Assembly (NCBI RefSeq): GCF_001194135.2
Contig: NC_068993.1
Location: 6,174,747 to 6,238,425 of the forward strand
Origin: Octopus bimaculoides
Lineage: Eukaryota
Length of the DNA: 63,679 bases
Direction of reading: 5' to 3'
A program made the position numbers and the translations under genes. Below are positions 10,421-23,544 of the stretch, one piece after another. The stretch's first letter is position 1, and each line of letters opens with the position of its first letter. Below the pieces are notes generated by a model. That model had not been told where the DNA came from. It saw only the letters and a list, made by a program, of their open reading frames with translations, and searched no databases.

Positions 10421-10659
10421 AAAGAACGACAGTCTTATGGATAAAGGTGCTCCAGTCATAACGACACCATTATTTGTTCCGTCCATATTTTTTAAAGACA
10501 ATACTGCATAATATGGAGATTTAGCTGTTGCTTCTAGTAGGTCAAGTGACCAAGCAGAGAATTCTTTTATTTGTTTGCACATTTTTCTTGCAATTTGTCT
10601 TGGTGTTGGTGGTGTTGGCGGTTCACTGTTAATGTTGTTGTTAGCAGTAGTAATGCATA

Positions 10660-11210
10660 TGGCTACTGTGGTTGTTAGTCGTGTTGGCGGCGTGGTTGCT
10701 ATGTTTTGTTGTTGGTGTTAGTCTTGTTGAGGGCGTGGCAGTACTATATCGTTGTTGTGGGTACGGCTGGCATTATGTTGTTAGTCCTTTTAGGGCTGTG
10801 GCTACTGTGGGTTGTTATTAAACCCGTTGGGGGTGAGGCTACAATATTTGTTGTTAGTGGGGCTATGGTCGTTGTGTAACGTCATTGATGCTATTTGACC
10901 ACTTGGGGCGTGGCTCCAGCGTAATATTATTGTTAGTCGTGTTGTGGGCGTGGATGCCACCTTGTACTTTTGATATTCTTACTTTGATTAGGGGCAGAGC
11001 TTCGCTGATATGTTGTTGTTTTTGTTACACTTACTGGGGGCAAGGCTGCATTATTATGATGTTGTTAGTCGTGTCGGGGGTGTGGCTGTATACGATGTCG
11101 TTGTTAGTTCTGCTGAAGGCGTGGCTGTTGTTGGTCGCGTGAGGGGCGTGACTCCTGCCTTATAATATCGTTACACGTATTGGGGGCGTCGCTGTTGGGC
11201 GTGTTAAGGA
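10660..11210. repeat. Degenerate minisatellite of about 35-45 bp units built on GTTGTTAGTC..GGGCGTGGCT
   Basis: About a dozen variant units. Exact GGCGTGG occurs five times (near 10689, 10732, 10906, 10947 and 11119). Confidence 0.6.
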
Positions 11211-11506
11211 CTTGGATTCTGTGTTTAGTTGTTGTTGTTGTTGTTGTTACTGCAGCCGCTGATGTTGTTGATGCTGCTGCCGCTGCTGCTGTTGTATGTT
11301 GCTAAGCTGTCCTCGATATCAATATTGTTGCTGTTGTTGTTGTGAGTGTATATGCGGATATTGTGAGCTGTGTCTATGTGTGTATACATGTGCATGTATT
11401 GTGAAGCATATGTGTGCAATGTCTCTGCAAATTGATGCATGTATATGTTTATTATATGGTGTCTCTGTCGTGTGTTGTGAATGTATGTCGTATGTATATA
11501 TGTATA

Positions 11507-11548
<42 letters not shown>

Positions 11549-11849
11549 GATGTGTGTTTTATGCTTGTAAATGTGTGTAATGCATGCTTTGTGTTGTACA
11601 TGGGAAGCAAATGGAATTTATATGGGAAGCAAATGTGAAGTATATTTCTATAGTCTCTCTGAGATGTAGGTATATACATACACACATCACATCTATGTAT
11701 GTATGTATGTATGTATGTATGTAGGTAGGTATGTAGGTATGTAGGTATGTATGTATGTTTGTATGTATGTATGTATGTATATATGTATGTATGCATGTCT
11801 ATGTGTATGCCGCAAATGCAAAATATCAATTAATCCTAGAGCGCACAAT

Positions 11850-12140
11850 GTTCCCGAAGGTCGGCAATGGTCTTCCTCGGTCACGAGTGGACGGCCATCA
11901 TGTATGTATGTATGTATGTACGTATGTCTGTATGTATGTATATATATGTTACGTCAGGTCGCTCTTGGACACTACTGGTAACATGTAACCCAGGAAACCT
12001 GGTCGGCTCGTGGCTGATTAAACTGGCAACCCCATCAAGCTTGCTTGGTGAGGAGGGTGATTGTTGGACAACCCGCAGGACGAAAAATAAGACCTGTCAA
12101 GGAGCGGAGGAGTTCATGAGCAGTCAACAGCCATCCATCA
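11850..12140. repeat. Unclassified interspersed repeat, possibly RTE 5'-region-like
   Basis: A non-microsatellite, GC-richer block between (TATG)n tracts. Two segments end in similar C(G/A)GCCATC(C)A motifs. The family assignment is from memory only. Confidence 0.35.
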
Positions 12141-12199
12141 TTATATGTACATGTGCATGTAAGCATGTATATATGCGCGGGGACATGGTAACACCTGGG

Positions 12200-12335
12200 T
12201 TGGTGTCCAGACACTCACAAGACATTTGGTCGGACCGGTTCTACAGTAAAAGACACTTGCCTAAGAGGAAGCGGAGTGAAACTGAACCCTAAACGCCGAG
12301 GTTGCTAAGCGAGCTTCTTAAACCCACACAGTCAT
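12200..12335 (-). mobile_element. SINE family A head fragment
   Basis: CACTCACAAGACATTTGGTCGG..AGACACTTGCC..GAAACTGAACCC..GAGCTTCTTA is the reverse complement of the family A 5' half. Confidence 0.7.
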
Positions 12336-12683
12336 TATCACTAGTGTACGGTTTAGCCCGCAGTAGTCTTAATTTTGTTGTTGTTGTTGTTGTTGTCATC
12401 GTTGTTGTGGTTGTTAGTGTTACAGCTGTCGCAGATGTGATCTAATATATATGATGTTATTTTAAACGGCCACCTCTTCGCCACCCATCTATCTCTATCT
12501 ACTTCCCGGTAGCGCTACCCGCTGGGTGTCAATGACTTTCTATTGACAGCAGGGGTTCAAAAGGTGGATTTTGCAAAAAATTGTTTATAACAGGTGCTTA
12601 TTCTGTTAGGGTACATCAGCTCCCATGCTCCTCCTCATATTATTCTTGCTTCTATACGTGTGTGTGTGTGCGTGTATATGCGT

Positions 12684-12737
<54 letters not shown>

Positions 12738-13504
12738 ACGTGTGTTTGCGTGCCTGTGTGTATGCGCTTGTATGCGGATATACAAATACATACCGACATA
12801 CATTCACACACACGGCACGCACACACAGACTAAGCTTAGAAGAAGAAAATAAGTATTTAGGTCATGCCCCAGCATGGCCGCAGTCTAATGACTGAAACAA
12901 GACCAAAAGGAGCAAAAACAGTGCTCATTCATTGTCAACCCGCGCGCCGTCAGCCCAATACCCCACACACCCATTTCCTCATTAACAAGTCGTTATTTTT
13001 AGGGTAAGCCATATTTATGCTTATCCCTATTGTTATGAACGTCTACTCACATAATTAATCGATTGTCTAACTCTATGTGAAATCGATAAGAGCGAGGATC
13101 AACTTAACATCCCACCCCGACATCGCCACCCAACGTACATTAACTACCCATTGACCGGCTTCTAATATCCTGCTACGACCACACCCACATTGCTTACTGA
13201 AAATAATAATCACAAAAAGAAGGTAAAAATACCTTCATTTTATCCTACGTAACTGCTGTACGCACGCACACACAAATGCATACGCACACGCGTGCGCGCG
13301 CACATAGATACACACACATACACACACACACACACATATACTCACAACACAAACACTAACATAAACACCGAACAGCCTTAAACCTGCTTTCATCCCATAC
13401 AAGAAAATGCATGAGCTAATTATGACATTGCGTATAGGTCTATATACACATACGTGGAGACGCGGCCCAGTGGTTAGGGCAGCGGAATCGCGGTCGTAGG
13501 AATA

Positions 13505-13735
13505 TAATCGAACATTTATTGTGCATTTTGGCGCAGCAAGTGTGGGGCTACTTCACTTCGGTATCGTCGTTAAAAAAGCTGAAGCAGTTTCTGCTTATAG
13601 AGTGGCTTAAAATTTCCTTAACCGTTCAGAACGTCTATGCGTCGATTCCCCGAAGCATTAAAGTTGTGATTGATGCCAAAAGTACGCCAATTCCATTTTA
13701 ATTAATAAAACTTCCATTTAGATTTTGAATTAGAA
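13505..13735 (+). mobile_element. Tc1-like transposase C-terminal remnant
   Basis: EHLLCILAQQV..FTSVSSLKKLKQFLLIEWLKISLTVQNVYASIPRSIKVVIDAKSTPIPF* follows the Tc1 ending pattern (IENLW..L..EW..I..L..S.P.R...VI.AKG.PT.Y). Confidence 0.75.
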
Positions 13736-14557
13736 ACATTATCAATGTCACATATTTACTGTCTGTGTTTTGTTTACACACTCATCAGCTGCAGGATAGC
13801 GTCTGAAGAGAATGTTCCTTTAAAAAACCGAAGGTTATAAAAAAATCTGTATACTTCAAACCAGGCGAGACAATTTTGTTTTATCTTTGCGGGGCTGTTG
13901 CGCATCAACGTATAGACTCCACACTGTTTGCGTATAGATACCTCTAATCAGTAATTGCAATTCGTTCCGAGGTAACTCGAGTATACGATGCTGAGGAGCT
14001 GTAAAAACTGCGAAATATCGACATCTATCGTTCTCGATCGACACTGGGCGTCTTAAAGGGATTTTTTCCCTCTCACCCTATCCCTCAGCTAAATAACGCT
14101 TAAACAAAACACATACGGTATCTAACATCAATAATGTTTATATATATAATTATTTTTTTTCGAAACGTTGGATCTCGAAGCAACTAAGCTATAAATAATA
14201 GCGTGTAAATATTGAGGCCCCAAAACACAAATACACAGAGGAAACTACACAGGCACCCCTCATTACCTCCACATCAACAACCCCTCCACCCTCTTGTGCC
14301 TTTTTAGATCCTCAACTCCGGGCATCAACTAGCCATCCAACCACCATTCAGTCCATCCCCTATCATGAATACAGACACCATCAATTTCACCTCTGAAAGC
14401 TACAACTGCCGCCACCAAAACCGGCATTACTACTACTACTACTACTTCATCATCATTATCATCGTCGTCGTCCTCCTCCTCGTCATCATTGCCATCATCA
14501 TCATTACCGTCAACTTCTTATATTTCTTTTTCTTCTTCTTCTTCTTCTTCTTCCACA

Positions 14558-14593
<36 letters not shown>

Positions 14594-14594
14594 G

Positions 14595-14632
<38 letters not shown>

Positions 14633-15016
14633 GCTACTACTACTACTGCTACTACTACTACGGCTGCAGTCGTTGGCTTTTTATATCTATGCCGTTATAA
14701 GTGCTAACTGGTGATAGATTCATAGATATCTTGCAATATGTGTGTGTGTGTGTGTGAGTACGTGTGTACGATATGTATAAGAGAACGTGTATCAAAGTAT
14801 GTAAGAGAGTGTTTCAGTGTGTGCCTTATCAATTCAAGCCAAGGTCATGCTGGAGCAACACGCCATGTTTACTTTTGTTTTTTTTTTATTATTATTTTTT
14901 CGCTTGGCGTTATTCAATTTTTTTTTTTTCGGAAACGCACGAGCGATTTCCGAATTGATTTGATGACAAGTAGTCATGCGATTGGCTTGTTTTACTTTAT
15001 CGATTTATCTAAGTAA

Positions 15017-15055
<39 letters not shown>

Positions 15056-15747
15056 NNNNNNNNNNNNNNNNNNNNNNNNNNNNNNNNNNNNNNNNNNNNN
15101 NNNNNNNNNNNNNNNNNNNNNNNNNNNNNNNNNNNNNNNNNNNNNNNNNNNNNNNNNNNNNNNNNNNNNNNNNNNNNNNNNNNNNNNNNNNNNNNNNNNN
15201 NNNNNNNNNNNNNNNNNNNNNNNNNNNNNNNNNNNNNNNNNNNNNNNNNNNNNNNNNNNNNNNNNNNNNNNNNNNNNNNNNNNNNNNNNNNNNNNNNNNN
15301 NNNNCAAGAACGCACGCGCGCACACACACGCGTACACACACACAAACACACTCACGCACACACACAAGCAAACACACACACACAAGCACACACACACAAG
15401 CACACACACACACACACACACAAGCACGCATACGCACGGACGGGGACACACACACACACACACACACACATACACACGCGCGTGCGCATGCAGACGTCAC
15501 TCTAGGTTTTACAAAATGCGTCTATGAATGAATATTTTTTCAGCATATGCGTGTATGTATATATATGTATGGTCATATACGTACATGTATGTATATGTGT
15601 GTGTGTGTATATATGTATGTGCATATATGTATATGTATGTATATGGGTGTATAAGTGTGTTTGTGCGTGCGTGTGTGTCTATCACTTCCTTCTACACTTC
15701 AACAGTTCTTAGACATCTTTACTGATCTCTTCCCGCCGCTCTCACGC

Positions 15748-15781
<34 letters not shown>

Positions 15782-15983
15782 TGTGTGTGTGTGTGTATGT
15801 GTGTGTGTGTGTGTGTGCGTGCTACTGCTCGTTTCTCTATGTGTGTTTGTGTATATATGCGTTATACGAATAAGTATGCGTATATATTTATGTATGTTTT
15901 TTGTATTCAAATACGTGCGCTCGTATGAGGGTAGGTTTTACACATTTGTTCGCAATTCATTTGATCTTTTCCTTTTCTTTAAT

Positions 15984-16031
<48 letters not shown>

Positions 16032-16390
16032 CCACACACACACACACTTATATTAATGTTTGCTTAAAAACAATTTTACATTAATCTCTAGGTTCCTCTA
16101 TGCTTTTGTAGAGTAGANNNNNNNNNNNNNNNNNNNNNNNNNNNNNNNNNNNNNNNNNNNNNNNNNNNNNNNNNNNNNNNNNNNNNNNNNNNNNNNNNNN
16201 NNNNNNNNNNNNNNNNNNNNNNNNNNNNNNNNNNNNNNNNNNNNNNNNNNNNNNNNNNNNNNNNNNNNNNNNNNNNNNNNNNNNNNNNNNNNNNNNNNNG
16301 GAGGTTTAGTTCACAGGTGATCTAAACGATTAGGTACGCTAGGTAGGTGAGGTAACGGATTACTAGGGCTCTGAAGATTGAATATCTCAT

Positions 16391-16431
<41 letters not shown>

Positions 16432-17789
16432 TACATGCATATATATATATATAATTGTTAAAGCGGACGGCAAACATTAAGGCAAGGCAAACATCTCAAG
16501 TCATATACAATATTATTATTGGAAAAAATTCAAAATTCAAAGTCTTACAACTGAGGTTAAACAATAACAGCGACAAGAAAAACAACAACATCAACAAGTC
16601 TTGCATATTTTACCTGTTCCACTTACAGATTATATTTGGGAAGTGCAGGTCACCTGATCACTTTGTTTGCCTGGAAATTATAGCGTTTCTAAACTGCAGT
16701 TGAATCATTTACTATTATAACCACATGTATATGTGTGCATACACGTATTTTCATACATATGTATATATTTTCGTATGTATTCATCTATATGTTTATATAA
16801 GTATGTTTCGTTACTATGTATTTTAAAAATTGTCACAAACACTTTACGTAAAATAAAAGTTTATCTGACTTTTAAGAAACGAAATTTGCCATAAGACACC
16901 ATTAAATAAAAAGAAATGAAGAGAAAGGCCCTCTTGAGAATATCAATAATTATTACCAATTCTTTCAATAACCTTCCTTACTCTGCTTCTTAATATCCAG
17001 GGATGTCTTAGAAACTAATGTAATTTAATAATAAAGAAGATTCGAAAAGAAATAATGCTGTTTTTTTTGGGGGGGGGTCGTTTTTTTTTTTAACACTGAT
17101 ATTCGTGAATATTTCACAGGGTGTGGAAAAATACCTCCTCAGATTCACCATTTTTGATAAACTTTTCAACAGAAAATACAGTATGTACTGGTAGAAAGCG
17201 GATAATTCAGTCGATCAAGCAACTGAATCGTCTTCGTAGAACGACAGAGATCGTCCACCACCACCACCACTACCACAACTTCCACAACCACTATTCATAA
17301 TCGGTTACATCCNNNNNNNNNNNNNNNNNNNNNNNNNNNNNNNNNNNNNNNNNNNNNNNNNNNNNNNNNNNNNNNNNNNNNNNNNNNNNNNNNNNNNNNN
17401 NNNNNNNNNNNNNNNNNNNNNNNNNNNNNNNNNNNNNNNNNNNNNNNNNNNNNNNNNNNNNNNNNNNNNNNNNNNNNNNNNNNNNNNNNNNNNNNNNNNN
17501 NNNNNNNNNNNNNNNNNNNNNNNNNNNNNNNNNNNNNNNNNNNNNNNNNNNNNNNNNNNNNNNNNNNNNNNNNNNNNNNNNNNNNNNNNNNNNNNNNNNN
17601 NNNNNNNNNNNNNNNNNNNNNNNNNNNNNNNNNNNNNNNNNNNNNNNNNNNNNNNNNNNNNNNNNNNNNNNNNNNNNNNNNNNNNNNNNNNNNNNNNNNN
17701 NNNNNNNNNNNNNNNNNNNNNNNNNNNNNNNNNNNNNNNNNNNNNNNNNNNNNNNNNNNNNNNNNNNNNNNNNNNNNGAACACGAGTCC

Positions 17790-18020
17790 ATTCAGAACCA
17801 TCACCTCTCCAGCCAGATTTCGTCATTTTTATTTTCAGCCATATCCAAAGGCTAGCTCTCTTAATGGTCGCCTGGATATCTTTCAAGATGGCGTATGTTT
17901 GGCGATGTTTGACGACAAACGATAGCAACCACCGTCTCAAACTAGTTCCACCCCCACTCCCACCTACACCCAGCTTCTACAGGAAAGTGTACTGTACCCC
18001 AAACAGCCTCTATACAGAAT
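17790..18020 (-). mobile_element. HERO-like (RLE-type) non-LTR retrotransposon 3' ORF remnant
   Basis: Minus frames give CIEAVWGTVHFPVEAGCR and, after a frameshift, IQATIKRASLWIWLKIK. These match the C-terminal FPVEVGCRG and EKASxWxWL motifs I associate with HERO elements. Confidence 0.7.
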
Positions 18021-19362
18021 TTGAAACCACAACACAAAGGGACATAACTAAACACCATAAAACATTTTGTCCACCGCTTTGAAGAATCCTATCATACTAC
18101 AGCCATTTCTAATCATTAATTAATACTAATTAATGATTTCCTAAATGCAGACACAAAGTAGTTTCTTATTAAATCAGCGTATTGTCGGTTGTATCGATCC
18201 GGCATATTAGTCATATTTATATTATCGATCCCTAATACATAAAAGACAATACCGATGTAAGCCAAATTTCAAATCAGATAATACAGATACCGAATTAGCA
18301 ATCAGTAACTCCCCCTCCATCAGTATTAATAGTATATTAGGCTATCTCCAGTGTCTTTAAACTAGTATTGATTCCTAATATTAGCTCAAGGCTATAAATT
18401 TTTAGGGGGGAAAATACAGTCGAGTAACGACCTTAGCACTTGGCTGCTGTTTATTTTATCGATCGCTAATATTTCGTCCGGTTCTGTAACCATTCTGTTA
18501 TGCACTTATAATGATTTCTCTCTCTTATCGGTAGAATATCCTAACCATGTTAGGGAGAGAGTGTAGCTTATTAATTTGGTATCGAGTTATGGTTAATATA
18601 TAGTGTGTCCATAAATTATCTTTAGAATTTCCACATTTCCACACTTTAAATCATAAAGGTAATTTATGAACAGCCTGTGTACTTTAGCGTTTCCTGAAGA
18701 ATGGGAGGCAAAGTTGAACACACTGAGAGATCTATGAGACAAACTATTTTGCCTTGATGAAAAATATTTAAATCTAAATTAAACGCCTCGATCACCCAGC
18801 TTTAGATATCAACTATAGCGATATTAACGTTAGCTGATGCTGAAATGACGTGAAAATCACAAGGTTACTATTAGCAACCTTTCTCATGAAAGTTTTGGGC
18901 TTTCTAATTTCAAAAGACAAAGCATTTTGCACCGAGAAGAATATTTAAAACTAAATTAAAAGACTCAATTGCCTGTATAGATATAGGCAAGTATATGAAC
19001 AAAAGCAGGAGAAAACAGCGAAAGTCAGTTAGACGTACAGTGTGAATAGATTGATGCTCAGTGAAATTTCAGATGGGAAAATAGTAGAAATAATGCTTCG
19101 ATTATGGCTCTTCGTCGGAAAGAGGAAAAACCCAAAAACTTTCATCAACTAGATTATGACTGGGAGACAACAGCCTATTCAAAGCAGCCGCCCTCGGCTT
19201 CCACCGCATAAAAATATATTTATTTTCGGATGGAAGATTGTGTTTTCTTTTCCATTTATCATATTTAGCCCGAAGCCCCAGTAAACACTCTTTTCACTTT
19301 CCCCCATCTCATTTTTTGATACCCCGACATCATCCAAGGTGTGTGTGACACGTGGAGAGAAA

Positions 19363-19426
<64 letters not shown>

Positions 19427-20107
19427 AGAGAAAAGAGAGAAAAGAGAGAGTGAGAGAGACAGGCAGACTGACAAACAGATAGAAATGCACCGGCGCTCGG
19501 GTGGTACCTCTTTTCAGATGAAAAAGTGAAGCCACATGAAATGAAGTGAATTCCTCATGGACACCAGAAACAACGAGAATCGAACGCATGGTCATATGAC
19601 CGTGGGAGTTCGACACCACAAACCGTCACAACGTTACAAAGTTAACTAATAATCTTACTACAGTAACAAGGATTCTCACTTGGCACCGATGGTAGCGGCG
19701 GGTGCAACGATAGCGGTGGCGGAGGTGATGATGGGGATGACGGAGGAGGCGTCGTTGTCGGCGGCAAAGGCGATGTGACGGTAGTGTTTGTGATGGGACT
19801 CTGTTTGTCCCAACCGACGAAACCATTGCGTGCACTCGTACTTCTCAAACTGTTTGCCAAATCTATTAAGGCTGTAAACAAGTTTAGCTTCAGTGGTCAC
19901 TCATTGTGGCGTCGTTAGCCGTCACGCCTGATATGTTAATTAACTTTGCTCTCTCTATTTTCCATACTCAGGGGTCGCAAACAACATCGCAGCTGCTTCT
20001 TCTTCTACTACTACTACTACTTTCTTGTTTCTGACTCTTCCTTGTATGGTATTTTGATAGTTCTATAATTGTGCAGACAAATGTTGTTTGCTCATTTATT
20101 ACTATAT

Positions 20108-20165
20108 ACAGTAATGCCTCACTTTACGAGGACTCGCTTTACGAGACCCCCGAGTTTACGAGTTT
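20108..20165 (+). mobile_element. pogo/Tigger-like terminal inverted repeat remnant
   Basis: TA-CAGTAATGCCTCACTTTACGAG with internal TTTACGAG repeats. A related opposite end, GAGGGATTACTG-TA, is at about 44745-44760, too far away to be the same insertion. Confidence 0.45.
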
Positions 20166-20871
20166 CGGCGCTTGGATAAAGCCTTAAATCTTTTCATTCG
20201 TATTTCCGTCTTGAGCGCAAATCCCGACGAAATCGACTTCACTTTTTATCCTTTCAGAGGACGATAAAATAAAGTACCAGTGAAGTACTGAGGTCGATGT
20301 AGCCGACCTGCCTCCTTCCCTGAAAATTTTCAGGTATTATTCTTGTAGTTGTTATTGTTGCTATTTCGCAATAAGTGTTTGTTTTTTGTCACTTGAGTCG
20401 GCCATTTTACGATTGTTTTAAACTTAACAAATCAATTGACTCCAGATCAATTTTCAACAAACTTATTTTTAGCTGCCATTTTCAGAAAACTGAACTAAAC
20501 AGAATTTATTTTTAGTTTTTAATTTCTTTACCGTTTTATTTTATTTTATTTTAACTTTTATTTTAATTTCCTGTCTGACTTGTATAATCATCTTTAGTTT
20601 ATTTTCCTTGTCTTCCATTGTTTAAAAGCTGCCGATAGATGTGTGTGCGTGTAAGGGTGTATAATGAGGCCAATGTAGGGATCAGTCGTTCATATGTTTT
20701 CAACGGAGACGTTGTGTTCACTTAACATTTCTTAATACTCGGTCCATATCACATCAACACACTAGCGGACCTTCCACACTTGGGAGCGAGCAATCTGCTA
20801 AAAAAAAAACATTATTATGGAATTACTCTACAGGTGAACGCATATCTTTTATGTAGATAGGATCGCTTATC

Positions 20872-21115
20872 AAGAACCGGTCCTGGCAGAAACGTTAGCA
20901 CGCCGGGTGAGATGCTTAGCAGTATTTCGTCTGCTGTTACGTTCTGGGTTCAAATTCCGCCGAGGTCGACTTTGCCTTTCATCCATTCGGGGTCGATAAA
21001 TTAAGTACCAGTTGCACACTGGTATCGATGTAATCGACTTAATCCCATGTCTGTCCTTGTTTGTCCCCTCTATGTTTAGCCCTTTGTGGGCAATAAAGAA
21101 ATAAGAACCGGTCCT
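20872..21115 (+). mobile_element. SINE family B variant with alternative tail and 13-bp target-site duplication
   Basis: AAGAACCGGTCCT at 20872-20884 and 21103-21115 flanks a well-conserved copy ending GTCTGTCCTTGTTTGTCCCCTC..GGGCAATAAAGAAAT. Confidence 0.9.
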
Positions 21116-21264
21116 TCTCTTAAAGGCCAGAATATAATTCTGCCCCCAACCGATGTTAAAACTCTACACGATTCAATTAATGCCTGCAAAAGGAATCGAA
21201 ATCGTTTGTGGTGGTGGTGGTGTTGGTGGCAGAGGCGTCCGTTGTAAACAACGTTTTAAAACAA

Positions 21265-21272
21265 TAAAAGGC

Positions 21273-21322
<50 letters not shown>

Positions 21323-21357
21323 TAAAAGACAGACAGACAGAGAGATAGATAGATATG

Positions 21358-21408
<51 letters not shown>

Positions 21409-21433
21409 TAGATAAATGGATTGACAGACAGAC

Positions 21434-21464
<31 letters not shown>

Positions 21465-21515
21465 NNNNNNNNNNAGAAAGAGAGAGAGGATAGATAAATG
21501 GATTGACAGACAGAC

Positions 21516-21564
<49 letters not shown>

Positions 21565-21599
21565 TACAGACAGACGGACGGACGGACAGACAGACAGAC

Positions 21600-21662
<63 letters not shown>

Positions 21663-21665
21663 CGG
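21265..21665. repeat. (GATA)n/(GACA)n tetranucleotide tract
   Basis: Directly visible. It is interrupted by a 10-N gap at 21465-21474. Confidence 0.95.
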
Positions 21666-22826
21666 ATAGATATTGTCTTTCATGGTCAAAACTCAGGCGG
21701 GCATTCAAAAAGTAATATGAAATTCGTCATTGTCTATTACATATCGCTTTTGTGTAGAAAACGACTGGGTAGTTGCGTATATACCGGAATGGGTAATCAA
21801 TCGGTGTGTCTTAGTGTGTGTGTGAGTCTGTACACAGTGTATGACTATATGGACACACACACACACTCACACAAAGATATATATGCGTATGCGTGAAGGT
21901 GCATATATGTGTGTATATGTTCGTGTGTGTGTATACATATATGTACATATATATATACTCACATGCATACATGCATATATATATATATATTTGTATGCAT
22001 ATATGTATTATGCATATACGCATGTATGTCTGCATGTATTTATGTGTGTGCGTGTGTCTGTGAATGTATGTATGTATATGTTTTGTGTATGTGTGTGCGA
22101 GTGCGTGTGCCGGAGGTGTGTGCGTCGGTGAACGAAACTCCAAATCGTAGAATACTGTTAGCGTTTCGTAGGCAATCGTAGTGATGACGGAAGTAATGGT
22201 GACAGTGGTGATGACGGGGAATCGTTGTGGTGGCTGTGCTGATGATGCTGGGTGGGTGGGGGGTCGGCGGTGACCGTTGCGCAGGCAGCACGGTGGTAGC
22301 AGCAGCGGCGGTGACGTATGGCGGGTGGCAGATAGAGGTGGGGTAACACTAAGCAAGCTGTCTGATGTCTGACATAGACTAAGCATAAAAAGATGAACAG
22401 ACAAAAACAACAGCAACACGAACAACAATAATTTTAACAACATAGACAACAAAAACGTAAATATAAACAATAGCATAACATTGGTTGGGCATTTTCATTC
22501 CGTCAGATAATAAAAGAGTCTACACCTAAAAGCTATATTGGAACATACGTACATACATACATACATATGAGTGTGTGTGTGTGTTGGGAGGAGAGTGCAT
22601 GTATGTATACGCGTAAATATATATACTTAATATATATATATATATATATACATATGTATATGTGTATGTATATATGTATGCATATATATTTAATATATAC
22701 ATATATATATATGCATGTGTGTGCGTGTGTGTGTGTGTATGTATATATATATATATATATATATTAATATCTGTATATGTATATATATTAGAGGGAAAAG
22801 GACAATAAAAACCAAGGCAAGACGAG

Positions 22827-22890
<64 letters not shown>

Positions 22891-23009
22891 AATTTATATA
22901 TATGTATGTATGTTTATAATTATGTACACACACATATATATAGAGATGCATATATACAGATATATATACACCCACTTAAGTATCGATATATATTTGAATG
23001 CATTGTAGG

Positions 23010-23083
<74 letters not shown>

Positions 23084-23260
23084 TATGTATACATGTATGC
23101 ATGTATATATGTGTATGCATGTGCATATATGTATATATTTGCGCGTGTCTGTAACTACCAACACACAGACACTATGCGCCCGCATATATACATATATGCA
23201 TTTATAGAGAGATCGATAGTAATAGATATATTTTTTATCCCACAATGCACCCAGATATAT

Positions 23261-23332
<72 letters not shown>

Positions 23333-23493
23333 GTGTATGTATGTATATATAGATATAAGTAGATGTATACACATATATATATTGATGTGTGTGTGGCTGT
23401 ACTTATATACGTATATCTGCATATATATATATATGTAAAAAATATGTGCATATTTATATAACGATGCATGCATGTATACACATATATACGCGT

Positions 23494-23544
<51 letters not shown>

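Noticed and set aside
18600-19330. Possible DNA-transposon body after a TA-TAGTGTGTCCATAAA TIR-like start
   Set aside because: I could not find a transposase motif or a matching right end by eye.
21385-21545. Duplicated block on both sides of a 10-N gap
   Set aside because: GAGAGGATAGATAAATGGATTGACAGACAG repeats directly across the gap at 21465-21474, most likely an unmerged contig overlap.
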